64,000 bases of DNA from Octopus vulgaris (GCA_951406725.2 OX597819.1:79546001-79610000), one strand, 5' to 3'. Positions 1-14,490 are shown, numbered from the stretch's first letter. Translations and numbers: made by a program. Notes: generated by a model not told the origin, from the sequence alone.

Positions 1-676
1 ATTTTGTATCTCTTAAGCAGGAGGAAGGCCAATACTTATGACTTTTACAATCGAGAGGCCTAGTTGTGGTAAATTTATACTTACGTGTCCTATAGCTGTA
101 AAAATTCATACAATATAGAGAGAGATTTCCATATTAATTCATAGAATTTCTGTTTATTTCCTAAATTTCCAAAGTAAACCTGACCATTTATTTATAATGT
201 CACCGTTTTTATCACATACTATTTTCCTTTATTGCGGGAGGGTTTTTTTTTCACTCTTGTATATTTTCTCATTTTTATGTTTGAAACTTAAAGTACCTAA
301 TTTCCTTTTAACCTAGGGTACAATTACTTGTTTTGATTCATATAACTTTTTATTTGTTTTCTGATTATATTCAGCTTGTATTGATTTAACTTGTTTTTCC
401 TTAGTGTATTCACAAATAGAGGGCAATGAATGATTAACGCAATCAAATTCAGTGCATTATATATATATTAGACGAAGAGCAATAGACAATAATTCATAAG
501 TTAATGTAATGTTTACACATGAATACTTCAAAATTGCAGTTACTATTGAATCGATGTTAATAAATATTTTGATGGCTAAGAATTGAACTATTCCCAAGTT
601 CAATCCAGTGGTAGATATATTTTCATATACATGCATATATGCATATACATCTCTCTCTCTCTCTCTCTCTCTCCCC

Positions 677-733
<57 letters not shown>

Positions 734-774
734 CGCGTGTGTGCGTGTATGTGTGTATACGTATGTACATGTGT

Positions 775-804
775 GCGCAGGAGTGGCTGTATGGTAAGTA
801 GCTT
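775..804 (+). mobile_element. 5' 30 nt of a tRNA-derived SINE head (family A), interrupted by an insertion
   Basis: gcgcaggagtggctgtatggtaagtagctt matches 29/30 the 5' end of the full SINE copy at 38890-38478 (- strand); similarity stops right after aagtagctt. Confidence 0.8.
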
Positions 805-813
805 TGATAACCT

Positions 814-2862
814 TCGTCTGAGTTAGACGTGTTATTTTGCTGCTCCGGATGCCACGTTGTTTCAACGTGAATTGTTGAACTCTCGACTCGACTGCAGGTA
901 GGCGTTTTGTATTTTTGCGAGCGAAGTGAAGTTTTATTACTTGCATTAATGTTTTTTAGCATTAAATATTTTTTTAGCAGATACTAAGGCTCCACTTTGC
1001 TCCGGATATAATTTTTCTGCTTGTTGTCGAGTGTAAAGAAAATTGTGTTTTTGAGGCGGCGTAGTCCGTCTGCAAAAATTATTTTTGAAATTGTCGTTGT
1101 GTTATCCACGGGATTTACCAAGGATTATTTTACCAAGGTGTTTTACCAACAGTGTATTTGGCCTGGAATACAATTTTTGGCCGAAAAAGTGAACAAAAAA
1201 AAAGAAAAATTAATTCCTTTGTCTGAATTTGAACTCTCTTTCTCCGTCTATCATTCATTTGTAAAAAAAAAAGAACTTTTTTTGAACTGCCATTTTAATT
1301 TTATTTCTTCCCTTCTGTTGCTTTTTTCATTCTCCTTTCTGTGTCTAATTTATTTTGTAACATTTTGAACTGTTTTTCTTACGTTATGGCAAGGAATTTC
1401 ACTGTGTGGGAATTGACACCTCCCAAAAAGTACTTAAAGGAGCTCGAGGACAAAACCGTGGTGTTGAGGACATATTCGAGGTCGCTCGACACCATAATGG
1501 TTTTCCCGAAAGCCACCATTATGAACGAGTTGGCAGACTATATGCCAGCCGTTAAACACATTCAACGGGGAGCCAAATACGCAACGATTTGGTTGCTGTT
1601 TGACTCCCCTAAAGCAGCTTGCGATTTCGCGAGTAAGCCCATTGAGGGCGAAAAGATTCTGTTTCTCCCAAGCTATAAGGGGGAAAAATTGATACGATTA
1701 TGGGTCTGCAGCCTGCCGCCCGGCTTTGAGCCCGAGTGGGTGGAAGATTCCATCCGCCGGGGTCTGAGTGGTGGTAGCGCCAAGATCCTGAACGTGAGAA
1801 TGCAGCCTGCGGCTGACTGGGAAGGGGCTAAGGCTACTTTGACTCTGTGGACCCAGTCGGCCAAGAGTCTGGCTTTGCCGGACTTCTTGAAGATGGCCGG
1901 GTCCAAGTATCCGGTGATGCTTGAGGGACGCCCCCCAAGTGTCACCTGTGTTCGGAGACCGGCCACATTAAGAAAAACTGCCACAGGAACCAGAGTAGGA
2001 TCCTGGAGAAGTTAATATCAGAGCCTCTCCCTGCCCCACCAATGGAGGGAGAGAAACAAAGTGAGGAGGGGGAAAAATCCTCCTCCAAAAGAAAAAAAGA
2101 AAAGTGGGGAGCAATGGCGATCCACCAAAGGAACCGGAGGCTGCGGAAGAAAAAGAGGACCCGGTGCGTATAGCACCGGAACCCCAACCTCCCGAGGCCC
2201 AGCGTAAAAAGAAAAAGAAAAAGAGGAACGGGACGCCACCAGCGGACTGTAACACCCAGACGGCGTCTCCCATGTGTCCTCCGGCGGTTGTGATGCCGGA
2301 GAAATTTTATGTAGTCCTCTTCCATAAAGGAGGCACTGTAGGAAACGAAATAGGTAAGATGAGGAAGAGAAACCAATGGGAGGGACTTCGGTCCTGCATG
2401 GAGTATCCCGAGTGGCCTTCGCAGCTGGCTGCGGAGGTCCTACTCGAAAATGATATGTGCAGGATCGAGAATTCTTTCCCGGAGGATCTCTTGCAAGTCA
2501 TACCTGTATGCGGAAGCCTGACGATGGACGATTGCGTCATTAAAGCAAGAGAGTTCATCGGTCGGGTAACGTAAAATTGCAATTGTGTTACATTGTGACA
2601 GAGGTTTATTGCCTCTGAAGAGACTTTTAAAAGTGTAAATTGTAAATTGAAATTTTTGTGAAAATTTTTTGAATTTTTGTAATTTTTGAAATTTTGTAAG
2701 TTATTGAAAAAAAAAGAACATTGTTTTAGAGAAGCAAAAGTCGGCGGGCGCTTTCTGACTTCTCCCATCACCATCTTCATCAACCACCACCATCATCCAT
2801 TAATGTCCTTGTCCAGCCCGTAGCTACTCTGCGTGCTGCCCTAGTGGCAAATTATTAAAATA
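814..2862 (+). mobile_element. ORF1-only (HAL1-like, Tx1/L1-type) non-autonomous retroelement, unit 1
   Basis: ~570-nt 5' UTR, one gag/ORF1-like ORF, ~290-nt 3' UTR ending in a hairpin and A-rich tail with AATAAA; flanked by near-identical 18-mers aagtagctttgataacct (796-813) and aagtagctttgcttacct (2863-2880); no RT or endonuclease ORF. Confidence 0.7.
1386..2574 (+). CDS. ORF1/gag-like nucleic-acid-binding protein (~396 aa if two homopolymer frameshifts are corrected)
   Basis: MARNFTVWELTPPKK...LEGRPP, then after a shift in the C run 1931-1936 reads KCHLCSETGHIKKNCH (CX2CX4HX4C zinc knuckle); after a second shift in the A run 2092-2098 it joins ORF 2104..2574 (Lys/Glu/Pro linker, KKKKKKR, globular C-terminus). 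The N-terminal half resembles the tandem RRM-like layout of Tx1/L1 ORF1p. Confidence 0.7.
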
Positions 2863-2880
2863 AAGTAGCTTTGCTTACCT

Positions 2881-3819
2881 CACTGACAGAAGAGTTCGCA
2901 TTTTACATGCAGCTTGAAAGTCACGTCGCAAGACGTGAAAATTGAACACTTTGGAAGCACGACTCCAGGTAGGCATTTGTTGTATTTTTTGAGGGCTTAG
3001 TGGAGTTTGTTGCCCTGTATTGAATATATTTTGGCGAGCAACGGTCTCCACTCTACTCCAGACATTTGCCTGCTTGTGGTCGTCCATAAAGACTCACTTT
3101 GCAGTGAAAATTGTGTTTTTAAGGAGGTGTAGCCCCTCCGCAAAAATTAATTTGTTTACAAAAATTGTCTTCGTGTCTGTGGATTTCCACTGGAGTACCA
3201 AGGGGTACCAAGGCAGGAGGGACTGTTTTTGCAAGGTGGACGTGAGTGAGTTGGCTCTGTCCAATATTGAACAGAAAGAAAAAAGAACAACACCAGCATA
3301 AGACCGTAGAGGTAGGTGGATTTGTTTTCGGTTGAGCTGGGTGTAATTTGTCAAATAGTAATTGTTTGTGTGTTGATAAATTTTGCCCAGCTCCGTGGCA
3401 ATTCTGCCTGCTGTCGGGGGCTGCTGTTTGTTGGTTTTTGTATTGGAAAAAAAAGTGGGAGCGTATCTTCGCCCGAACTTACTGGATTTTGCCATTGAAA
3501 CTTGTTGAAGTTGGCCAGGAGTACCTGTTGGCCATTGATGTTTGTTATGTGAACTGTTTTTCTTTTTTCTAACCTTCTGTTTTTTTCTTTCTTTTTGGAG
3601 CTTTTTTTGCGTTTCTTTTGAATTTTATTTTTTATTCATATTTTTTTAACTGACTTGTTTATTTCTTTTTGGACTTGTTAATTCATTTGGACTTTCCTTC
3701 TTCTTTTGAATTGATTTTTAACATGGCAAATGCAAAAAGTGCCTTAGAATGGGAAGTGGTCCCACCTAAGCAATGGAGTGAAAGCCTTGAGAGAAGGGCG
3801 GTGGTACTACGGACCTATA
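2881..3819 (+). mobile_element. Diverged second copy (unit 2) of the ORF1 element, 3'-truncated
   Basis: 5' UTR blocks shared with unit 1 (acgtgaa..ttgaac..cgact.caggtaggc..ttgtattttt; aaaattgtgttttt..hairpin..gcaaaaatta; taccaagg); ATG 3723 gives MANAKSALEWEVVPPKQWSESLERRAVVLRTY, homologous to MARNFTVWELTPPKKYLKELEDKTVVLRTY. Confidence 0.75.
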
Positions 3820-4229
3820 AATCTCTGAACGAGGTATAAACAGTAGCTACACGACATTGAGAAGTATATTTGCCACCTAAATGTAGCTAACCTTTAAGAG
3901 TTGATGCTACTGTAACTTGAAGCCCCAGGAGGACTTCTCCTCCAGCTGGCAATTGACACACTTTCTGTGCTCTCTCAGTATTCGCAATGAGAAATCATCT
4001 TTCCCATCTCCAGGCTGACGTGATACACACGTCAGCCTGGAGATGGGAAAGATGATTTCCCTTTTCAAATACTGATAGGGCAAAGAAGTGTGTCAATAGC
4101 CAGCTGGAGGAGATTTCTTCCTGGGGCTACAAGCTACAGTAGCATCCACCCTTAAGTATTAGCCACATTTAGGTGGCAAGTATACTTCCCGATGTCATGC
4201 AGCTACCGTTTATACCTCGTTCAGAGATG
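3820..4229. mobile_element. Foldback/palindromic MITE-like element
   Basis: ~200-bp inverted arms with 5-nt loop ataca (4023-4027); inner 32 bp and outer 21 bp perfectly complementary; TA on both sides (3818-3819, 4230-4231). Confidence 0.7.
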
Positions 4230-4254
4230 TATTATTGCTTTTATATAGAGTTTA

Positions 4255-4660
4255 TAAGGTATTTGAGGACATACCTTTTTTGGGTCATTGATGCATCCTT
4301 TGCTAACTCTGTGTAGTCTTTGCTTCAAAAAATAATAATGGCAGACTCTCAGCTTACTGAAGAAATGAAGAGGTATGTTGTTATTGTGGTTATAAAGGCT
4401 GAGGATAACAATTTAGATATATCATGATTCTTAAAAGTTTCCAGATCCTTCATCTACAAAGTTTGTAAGGAGCTAGAGACTGACGATGGAAACGTACTAC
4501 CTGTATCAAAACATAAAAGCATTCTAAACTCTCTGAAATTATCAGAACACCTGAATTTATCAGCACGTTCAATAGACCATTGATTACAACCCCAGAAAGT
4601 CCATGAGGACAATTGCAAAAGATCTCCATGTGTCAGAAGGATCAGTCAGAAATATCCCAT
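4255..4660 (+). mobile_element. Degenerate mariner/maT-like transposase N-terminus
   Basis: From ATG 4338: MADSQLTEEMKRYVVIV..FLKVSRSFIYKVCKEL..RTPEFI..NPRKSMRTIAKDLHVSEGSVRNI (two HTH-like segments) with stops and frameshifts. Confidence 0.7.
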
Positions 4661-4921
4661 CGCAGCGGCGTTCAGCATATATGATGAAAAAAACGACATT
4701 TCACTAGTAGGTAATAAGACAGTTTAAATAGGATACGAAGATGTGTTTTTGATCTCAAATTTAAGATATATGTAGAAGTGAAATCAAGAAGTCATGTTTA
4801 TCTTAAGAATATTATTTCGTTTTTTCATACTGGGTTGACTGTATTTTCTCGTGTTGACAAAGGTTTGAGTATAACTTCCTAAAGGTGCATACAAATAAAT
4901 GTTTGACTAATTCAATTTCCT

Positions 4922-5428
4922 TATAGTCATACGATGAGTGTTCGTACAGATAATATCAAGAGGAGGATTGGATTTAACAGCAATCATTTATTTACAGGAA
5001 GTAAAAATATATACAATGAATTTATCACAACATAATAGTGACAGGAAAAATTGCAGTACTTAGTATAATGAAGAAAAACGTATTTTTAAAGAATCTGTCG
5101 CGAGAATGATGACAGGAACATTTTTCTTAGCTAGTTCCTCAAAACTACTCTAAAAAGGTTAAGAAAAGCATGACATAAGGTCATGAAGGATGACCAATGC
5201 AAAGTAGAATTGCCAGAATGAGTGACGAGGTTCCGTGTGGCAACCGAGTGTCACTGAATAATTTCCCCAAAATTAGTTTTTTTATATCTACTGTAAACCC
5301 GACTCTAAGAACCTTTCTCCACGGTAAAGAAATTTTTCACGAAGATTAGAATCGATGTATGGACAGTAAAATTGACAAATGAAAAAGCATAAGAAATTTA
5401 TAAACAAAAGGCAGCCGACACGACTACA
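4922..5428 (-). mobile_element. Possible solo LTR
   Basis: Ends tatagtcat / acgactaca form a decayed TGTAGTCGT inverted repeat; TATA-like then AATAAA order on the - strand; no target-site duplication found. Confidence 0.25.
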
Positions 5429-6249
5429 ACGTCATGCTGCTGCAACTGATGCGACAATATATATATACCTATGTATATACATATATACATATATACACAT
5501 GCACACACAGACACGCACATATATTCATATATGAACAAGAGGAGTGGAGTAAGTCTTTTTAGTTCATCAATTTACAGTTATTTCCTCCGAACTCGTTCTC
5601 ATCAATCGTGCTGTATTATGCAATGATATATTCAACTATTGATTCTTGAGATGTCATTGAAATGGCACATACCGTATCAGAATCATCAGAATTATGTATA
5701 AAATCCATTTGCTGAAGGAACATGAATTGAATTATCAAGAATTTATGCATATATCGAGCTGGACGTGGTTTCATCATTACATTTGTATTACAAACAAAAA
5801 CGAACCATACACTTGAATTAACCGATCAAGGAAGAAAAGTGAATTGAAATAGGGAAGAATAAAAAAGAAGCAGTAAGAATATTTTTGTATTCAGGTGCTG
5901 TAATAAATTATTGGTTTGTGAACATTTTCTATATCGGTTAAAAAGATTTTGTAACAGCTTTCTTCAATAATGTTTTAAATTATACCCATTCTATCAGCTA
6001 TTTATATGTAAAAAAAAAAGGAATTACCAGGCATATGTTTTATCGCCGAAAGGTTGTTATCCGCTAAATAATAGGCACGCAACTAGACCCTGACTGGCGT
6101 AAGGTCAGGTGTCAGTTACTACAGTATTCAGTGGTCACGGACACACAGACACACGAACCCCCTCACATATACGCACACACGCACGTACACACGCATGTAC
6201 ACACACAGAGAGAAAAGCACGCATACGCACACTCACACATACACGCACG

Positions 6250-6281
<32 letters not shown>

Positions 6282-7273
6282 CACACGTTCTGAAGTATGT
6301 AGAAGACACTTATAAACATGCTTTGAGTAACTTATAAAGGCCACATTTTACCAAATTATGGCTGTTCTGTTTCCAAACCCATTTCTCTCCCAGCCTTGGT
6401 TCTCATTCCAACGGTCTCTTTTGCTGAACTGCTTCATTATAGAGACGTAAACACACACACAACGGGCTTTTTTCAGATTCTGTCTGCCAAATCCACTCAC
6501 AAGGCTTTGGTTGGCCCGTTGTGTCACGCAGTAGAATGAGACCAGAACCATGCCGTTGGGGGGGGGGCAAGATTCTTATCACACAACCACGTCTGGAACT
6601 ATACATAATTACTAATTGTTCCAATCACCGTTTGAAACTCATTTTGAGATGATTTCGCAACAAATTTCCCATCAGCATATCAGCAGTATATATATCTATC
6701 TATCATTAGAAAGATCTTCATTAGACCAATACGAACTTTTATATTTTGGTGTCATTAATAAATACATCGAAAGGGTACCATTATATCTACATTTGTTTAT
6801 TTGTGACAGAATATTTTATGAGTTTCAAGATATGATTGAATCAATTAGAATGAAGAATTTTTGAATAGTTCAGTATTGTGTATAAGCAAACAAAATTCTC
6901 CTTTAAGTCTCTGAGTATATAAATTAATTTATTTGTTTTTTTTTCTATTAAGTAAGAGTAAGGTGGCAAATAAGGCATTGGAAACATCTGCGTGTATGTC
7001 TTTTTCATCCTTCTCTATGATAAATCAGACGATTTTTGGATTACTTTCTCTGCTCGTGGATGAGCTTAATACCCGAATAAAATTACGCACACACACACAC
7101 ACGCGCACTTACACACAAATATACACATACACGCACACACATACACACACATACGCACACACACACATACACATAAAATATATATACCTATATGTATGTA
7201 TGTATTTATGTGCAGTTATATATATATATTTAGATATGTATGTACATACATATATGTATGTATCTATGTATAG

Positions 7274-7309
<36 letters not shown>

Positions 7310-7419
7310 GTGTGTGTGAGTGTATACATATATGTGTGCATATATATATATGTGTGTGTGTCTGTGTGTATATAGATATATATGTATGTGTGTGCATATA
7401 CGTATTGATAGATAGATTA

Positions 7420-7453
<34 letters not shown>

Positions 7454-8539
7454 GGACATATAATGTTGGTTTCCTTCGTATCTTGTCATTGTGATGTACC
7501 TACTGTCTTGAGTGCTTACAATTAAAAAAAGACTTCATCATCATCATCATCATCATCTCGACAGCAGCAACAGCAACATCGTTATCATCATCATCGTCAA
7601 GTATGTTCATCTGTGTCGATCCTACATAATTATACATCGCTCAATGCGTTTAGGATTTTCAAATCATTTCCACAATATATAACTAGGTAATAAATATTAA
7701 AAGTCTTCATCATAAATCTGACATATGCACCCTTAGCATCTCAGGGTGGTCTTGACAAAATTCTCCCTACAGCTACCGATATGTTCTACATCATTAATTC
7801 ACGTTGTTGTTGCTGTTGTTATTGACGTTGCTATTATTGTTGTCATCGTCATATTATTTTCTTTTGTTTTAACATGTCAATAAAGTAATTGAAAATACAT
7901 ATATTCGCAGACTCGATTCTATACCACTCACTGGCACACACACACACACAACACACACACACACACGCAAGCTCACTGAGACAAAGATTTAGGCACATAC
8001 ATATACGCAAACATACGCAGATATATACAGATGTAAAATACCTTACAGACAGATAATTTCAAATGCAATCACACACACACAGAGCCACACACACACGCAC
8101 ATACACACAGACACACACACAACTCATTCATAGACAAGTGTATTCATCCCGAATACAATAGCCAATCTAATTAAATTAAATGGATCGATAGATAGATGGA
8201 TATGTAGATAAGTCAAAGATGGATGGACAGAAGTGGCAAAATAATAGTGACAGCCACTGTTATGTTCACTGGGAGAAGTACAGAATCATGGAATCAGTGA
8301 TAAGTATCGAGATTGATGGGGATGTAAATACATATTGACAGCTGTATTTATACATCGTATACAAAAGTTATACGTACATTTATTGCGGTTCTCTCTCTTT
8401 CTCTCCTTCTTTCTCTCCATCTCTCTATAAATATTTTTTTTATATATATACGCATATATGCATGTGTGATTGTATACATATATGGATATACACGTATATG
8501 TGTACACACGCACACATGCTCGTACACAGTGTATGTATG

Positions 8540-8572
<33 letters not shown>

Positions 8573-8717
8573 ATGTATGTATGTATATGTGTGCATGTAT
8601 GTACATATATGTACATATATATATATATATATGTATATGTATGTATGTATGTACATATATGTACATATATATATATATATATATGCCTATATATGTATAT
8701 GTATGTATGTATATGTA

Positions 8718-8763
<46 letters not shown>

Positions 8764-8794
8764 CATATATATACATATATATATATATATATAC

Positions 8795-9270
<476 letters not shown>

Positions 9271-10696
9271 ATAATAGTAATAATAATTTTAAGCAGAAAA
9301 CCTGATATGGTATTCAATGCCGAATAAAACACACACGCGTTTCAACAAAATACCATAATGATTATATAACAGTTGTAGAAAATTTATGAAAACGTGCACG
9401 TTTTAGATTACTAATTTGCATAAATGCAAAAAAGTGAGCCAAAAGAAATTACTTAGGGTGGCCATGGCTTGTATTGGAACAACATACATAAACACAGATA
9501 TATCAAATACCATAGAACATAAATTCTCGGTTTATTGAACTTATCTGCGCCTCTAGAGGATGTGTTTTAATTACCAAATGGCAACTACAACTATTTCTAT
9601 ATAAGAAGGGAAGATATTATCAAGAATAAAGAATTCTTAGTTATCCCCAGTAGTCAAAGGATAAAGCCAATCTGAATTATTTATGCTAGGTTATTTGTGC
9701 TTAAACTATCTAAGTCATAAATGCGTTCGACTCTTTCGTATGAGTCTAATTTGGACGATTGACGCGCTGATAACAGCTATTGAGCCAGAAACACGTGTTC
9801 CGATTGTCTCCCTTTTCCCACCGAATATGCCAGACCTTTTCCTTTATAGCATATCATTTACGGAAAATTCTTTGTATTAAAGATAATTTTCTCTTCTCCA
9901 GTGAAGCAACTGCCACTTGGTAATTGAGACGCATCCTCTCGGTATCGGGATAACTTTAATAACTCAAGAATATCTTTTTATCTGGTATTTGATATACCTT
10001 CATTTGTCTCTCTCTATACACACACTCACACACTCGCACACGCACACTTACGTGTGTATGTATGTATGTATGTATGTATGTATGTATGTATGTGTGTGTG
10101 TATGTATGTATGTATGTATGTATGTATGTATGTATGTATGTGTCTACGTGTGTATATACACGCGTCAAGCGAACATATCTCGTCAGGCTTTTTGAGATTG
10201 AAGTATAAGTCGGAGAGTTTTTAGATGCTGCGCTACTATTGTTCAACGCAGTTCACGTGGTATTATAAATATGGAGGGTATATCAAATCAAATCCTTATT
10301 CCTAGGACGACGTGCTAAAACAGGATGTTGGTGAGTAGCTAATACCCCTCTTTCTCTGGGAAATGGAGTATGCCCTATTAGCTACATGAGTTAGCTGATA
10401 CATATATTTGAATCGGATATATGAGTGTGTGTATCTGTGCATGTGTATACATGTGTCTGGTACGTATGGATCTGTTACATACGTACCAGATTGGGATGAT
10501 TGGTGGAGTATGTGTGAATCTGGTGTATATGTGTATACGTGGTGTGTGTGGGGGGGACATACATGTTGCATACATGTTACATGCATATCTAGTGTGTGTG
10601 TGTGTGTGTGTGTGTGTATCTGGTGTGGATACATATCTCATGTTAGCAAGTGTGTTTGGTGTGTGTGAAGAGGGGCAGAAGGAGTAAGATAATCCA

Positions 10697-10970
10697 GTTC
10701 AACACCCCATTTAACCTAGGAGTTTCAAACAACATAGGTAGGAATTTCCTGACGTTTATCAAAATACATTTCGCGTGACGATATAAGTATTACAAACTTT
10801 TCAACTCCCATAACGTTAAGGTCAGTTACTCCCTGATATTGCAGCTAACATCGCACACTACAATAGGCACGGTCACACACCTAAACATCCACAAACCTGT
10901 ACCCCATTCCAAGATTATGCCAACAGCCTATTGGGAGGGTCCTGTCTCTCAAGGGCTATGATCAACAGAA
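10697..10970 (+). mobile_element. Penelope-like element fragment (linker before the GIY-YIG domain)
   Basis: FNTPFNLGVSNNIGRNFLTFIKIHFA*RYKYYKLFNSHNVKVSYS...LGGSCLSRAMI fits the FNPPY..NIG..F...HF...IFN...K.SYS / CPL.G.CL...IY pattern of PLEs. Confidence 0.7.
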
Positions 10971-10980
10971 CCTCCCTCAC

Positions 10981-11341
10981 ATTCGTTTGTTCAGTTTGGT
11001 CACTTTTGACTTTTTCGTTGTTGTCACATTGCTGCCCGCTTTTTTGCTGTTTTTGTACACTTTTATACATTTTGGGATACTTACCCCACGTGTTCCGAGA
11101 GTTAAAAAGGTCGAGTTGTGTCCCCTAGACAGTCTGTAGAAAATGTGTTGCATATAAAAATCTTAGATTCTCGACTCATGTCGAATTTATCTTTTTTTTT
11201 TCAGAACTGGGGGAACTTTTCAAAATTTTTGCTGCGTTAGTTTTGAATTATGACATTGGGCTATGTGTGTGTGTCAAGTTTCATCAGAATCGGTTGAAAG
11301 CCGTGGTCAGGGTGAGGGTACAACCTGACAGACACACAGAC
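10981..11341 (-). mobile_element. Partial non-autonomous Helitron
   Basis: Near-identical to 35084-35452 of the complete copy; both termini missing. Confidence 0.75.
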
Positions 11342-12057
11342 ATTGACCCGCTTTATCACGAGACGAATCGCCGTACAACTTCTAGAAATCAGCTTGGATT
11401 TTTCTCATTCGGTCTCAACAAACCTGACAAGATGGGGCCGTTTGACAAGAATATGAAATTTTAAGTTCCATGGTAGGTGACTCCTACCAAAGGTGTTGAA
11501 TGCTGCTTCTTCTCTTTTGTTCCCTCACTATTTGTATGTATGTATGTATGTATGTATGTATGTATGTATGTATGTATGTATGTATGTATGTATGTATGTA
11601 TGTATTCATGTATGTATACGCGCGGATTTCATGTTTTGTTATATGTATATTTTCTCATGTATATACTTGCATATCTAGAATGCCCATATATACTTAAATG
11701 ATAAACTACTGGAAAGTTTTACAGATTTTTACAGTTCCATTGATGGCTTGGATCTGTAGTACTCGAATCAGCTTTCTCCTGGTTTTGAGAAGCCTCTGTC
11801 TGTCGGTAAGTATGTATATGTGTGGGTGTGAATGTATGTCTCTAGTGTGTGCGCGCGTACGTAGGAAGGCATTTAATGGCTTCTGTATAAAATGTGTTAA
11901 TATTGTGTGAATATTTGATTCTTGTTAAATCTGAATGGAAAATAATTACACAATAAACCGATAAATCTGCACGTGTATTGATTTCGTGTATCAATTAAAC
12001 GTATGTACATACATAGACAAACACACATACATTAATATATGCATATATATGCATATA

Positions 12058-12107
<50 letters not shown>

Positions 12108-12182
12108 TGTATGTATGTGTGTATATATGCATATATATATACACATATATACATATGCATACATGTATATATAAACATATTA

Positions 12183-12219
<37 letters not shown>

Positions 12220-12233
12220 TATATATATATATG

Positions 12234-12289
<56 letters not shown>

Positions 12290-12438
12290 GTTTTGCTTGA
12301 AGAACATCTGTATAAGTGCGTATATTTAAGCTTGTGTCTACGTACTCTGCCTTTGTATCTCTGTCTGTCTGCCTCTCTCTCTCTCTCTCTCACTCTCTGT
12401 CTCTGTCTGCCTGTCTCTTTCTCTGCCTTTCTCTCTCT

Positions 12439-12486
<48 letters not shown>

Positions 12487-12674
12487 CACTTACACAGAAT
12501 TACACACAAAGAAATATTTTAAACGTTCCGAATTTGATTTTGTTTGATATTTGACATGTTCATTTCATTAATTTCCTTTTTTTTTTGCTTGTCTCCTACT
12601 GTCATTCTCGAAATTAGGGTGTATGTGTACATATACGTGCTTGCGTGAATCTCTACTTGTGTATATATGTATGC

Positions 12675-12707
<33 letters not shown>

Positions 12708-13149
12708 TGTATGTATGTATGTATGTATGTATGTATGTATGTATGTATGTATGTATGTATGTATGTGTATGTACGTTTATATATGTTTGGCAGACCCCTC
12801 TGTTCGCCTATGTGAATGTCTTTACTGATTTTCAAATCTGTGTGTGAGTGAATGTTTGTATGATATATTATGTGTGTGTATGTCTTCTGTGTTCTTATGT
12901 GTACTTTACAAAATCAAAATATCTGTATACTAAATATTATCCATTAATTATCTGAAATACCAATAGTCATGAATGTGCATCAATAAACAATACACACATA
13001 AACACACACAGATGCATACATACATACATACATACATACATACATACATACATACATAAACACACACAGATGCATACATACATACATACATACACATTTA
13101 TATTCACTCATTCAGGAACGTGTATATATGTATGCATGTATATGAATGT

Positions 13150-13228
<79 letters not shown>

Positions 13229-13400
13229 TAGGTATAGATAGATAGATGTGTGTATGTGTGTGTGTGTATGTGTGAGTGTGTGTGTATGTTTGTGTACACG
13301 AATCTGTGTGAATGTAAATGCGTTTGTGAGCATATATATATGTTTTAAATATATATGTACGTATAAATATATGCTCAAACTCATACACACACATCGCCAG

Positions 13401-13448
<48 letters not shown>

Positions 13449-13764
13449 GCGTGCATAGATACATACACACTCATATTTGTCTACATATTGATAATCATCT
13501 GTGAAATCACAGGTATGGATGTAATGTTTCACATTACTCGCATACACGCACGCACACGCACACACTCACACACACATATATATATGTATATATATACGTG
13601 TGTGTGTATACATATTTACATACCATATCTATTTACACACTATATATTATATGTATACATGTATTCATATATATACATATTCACATAAATGCACACATAT
13701 TCATATATATGCATATATATACGTAGTAGCATATATATATTTGTGTGTTTATATATATAGGTAT

Positions 13765-14490
<726 letters not shown>

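Noticed and set aside
2599-2660. ctgaaga followed by the acttttaaaagt palindrome as a hammerhead
   Set aside because: No GAAA after the stem and no stem III or cleavage site; only a simple hairpin (cagagg/cctctg)
10306-10330. Possible + strand micro-exon (ag|gacgacgtgctaaaacaggatgttg|gtgagt)
   Set aside because: 25 nt with no partner exons or recognisable protein; chance occurrence is likely in 64 kb
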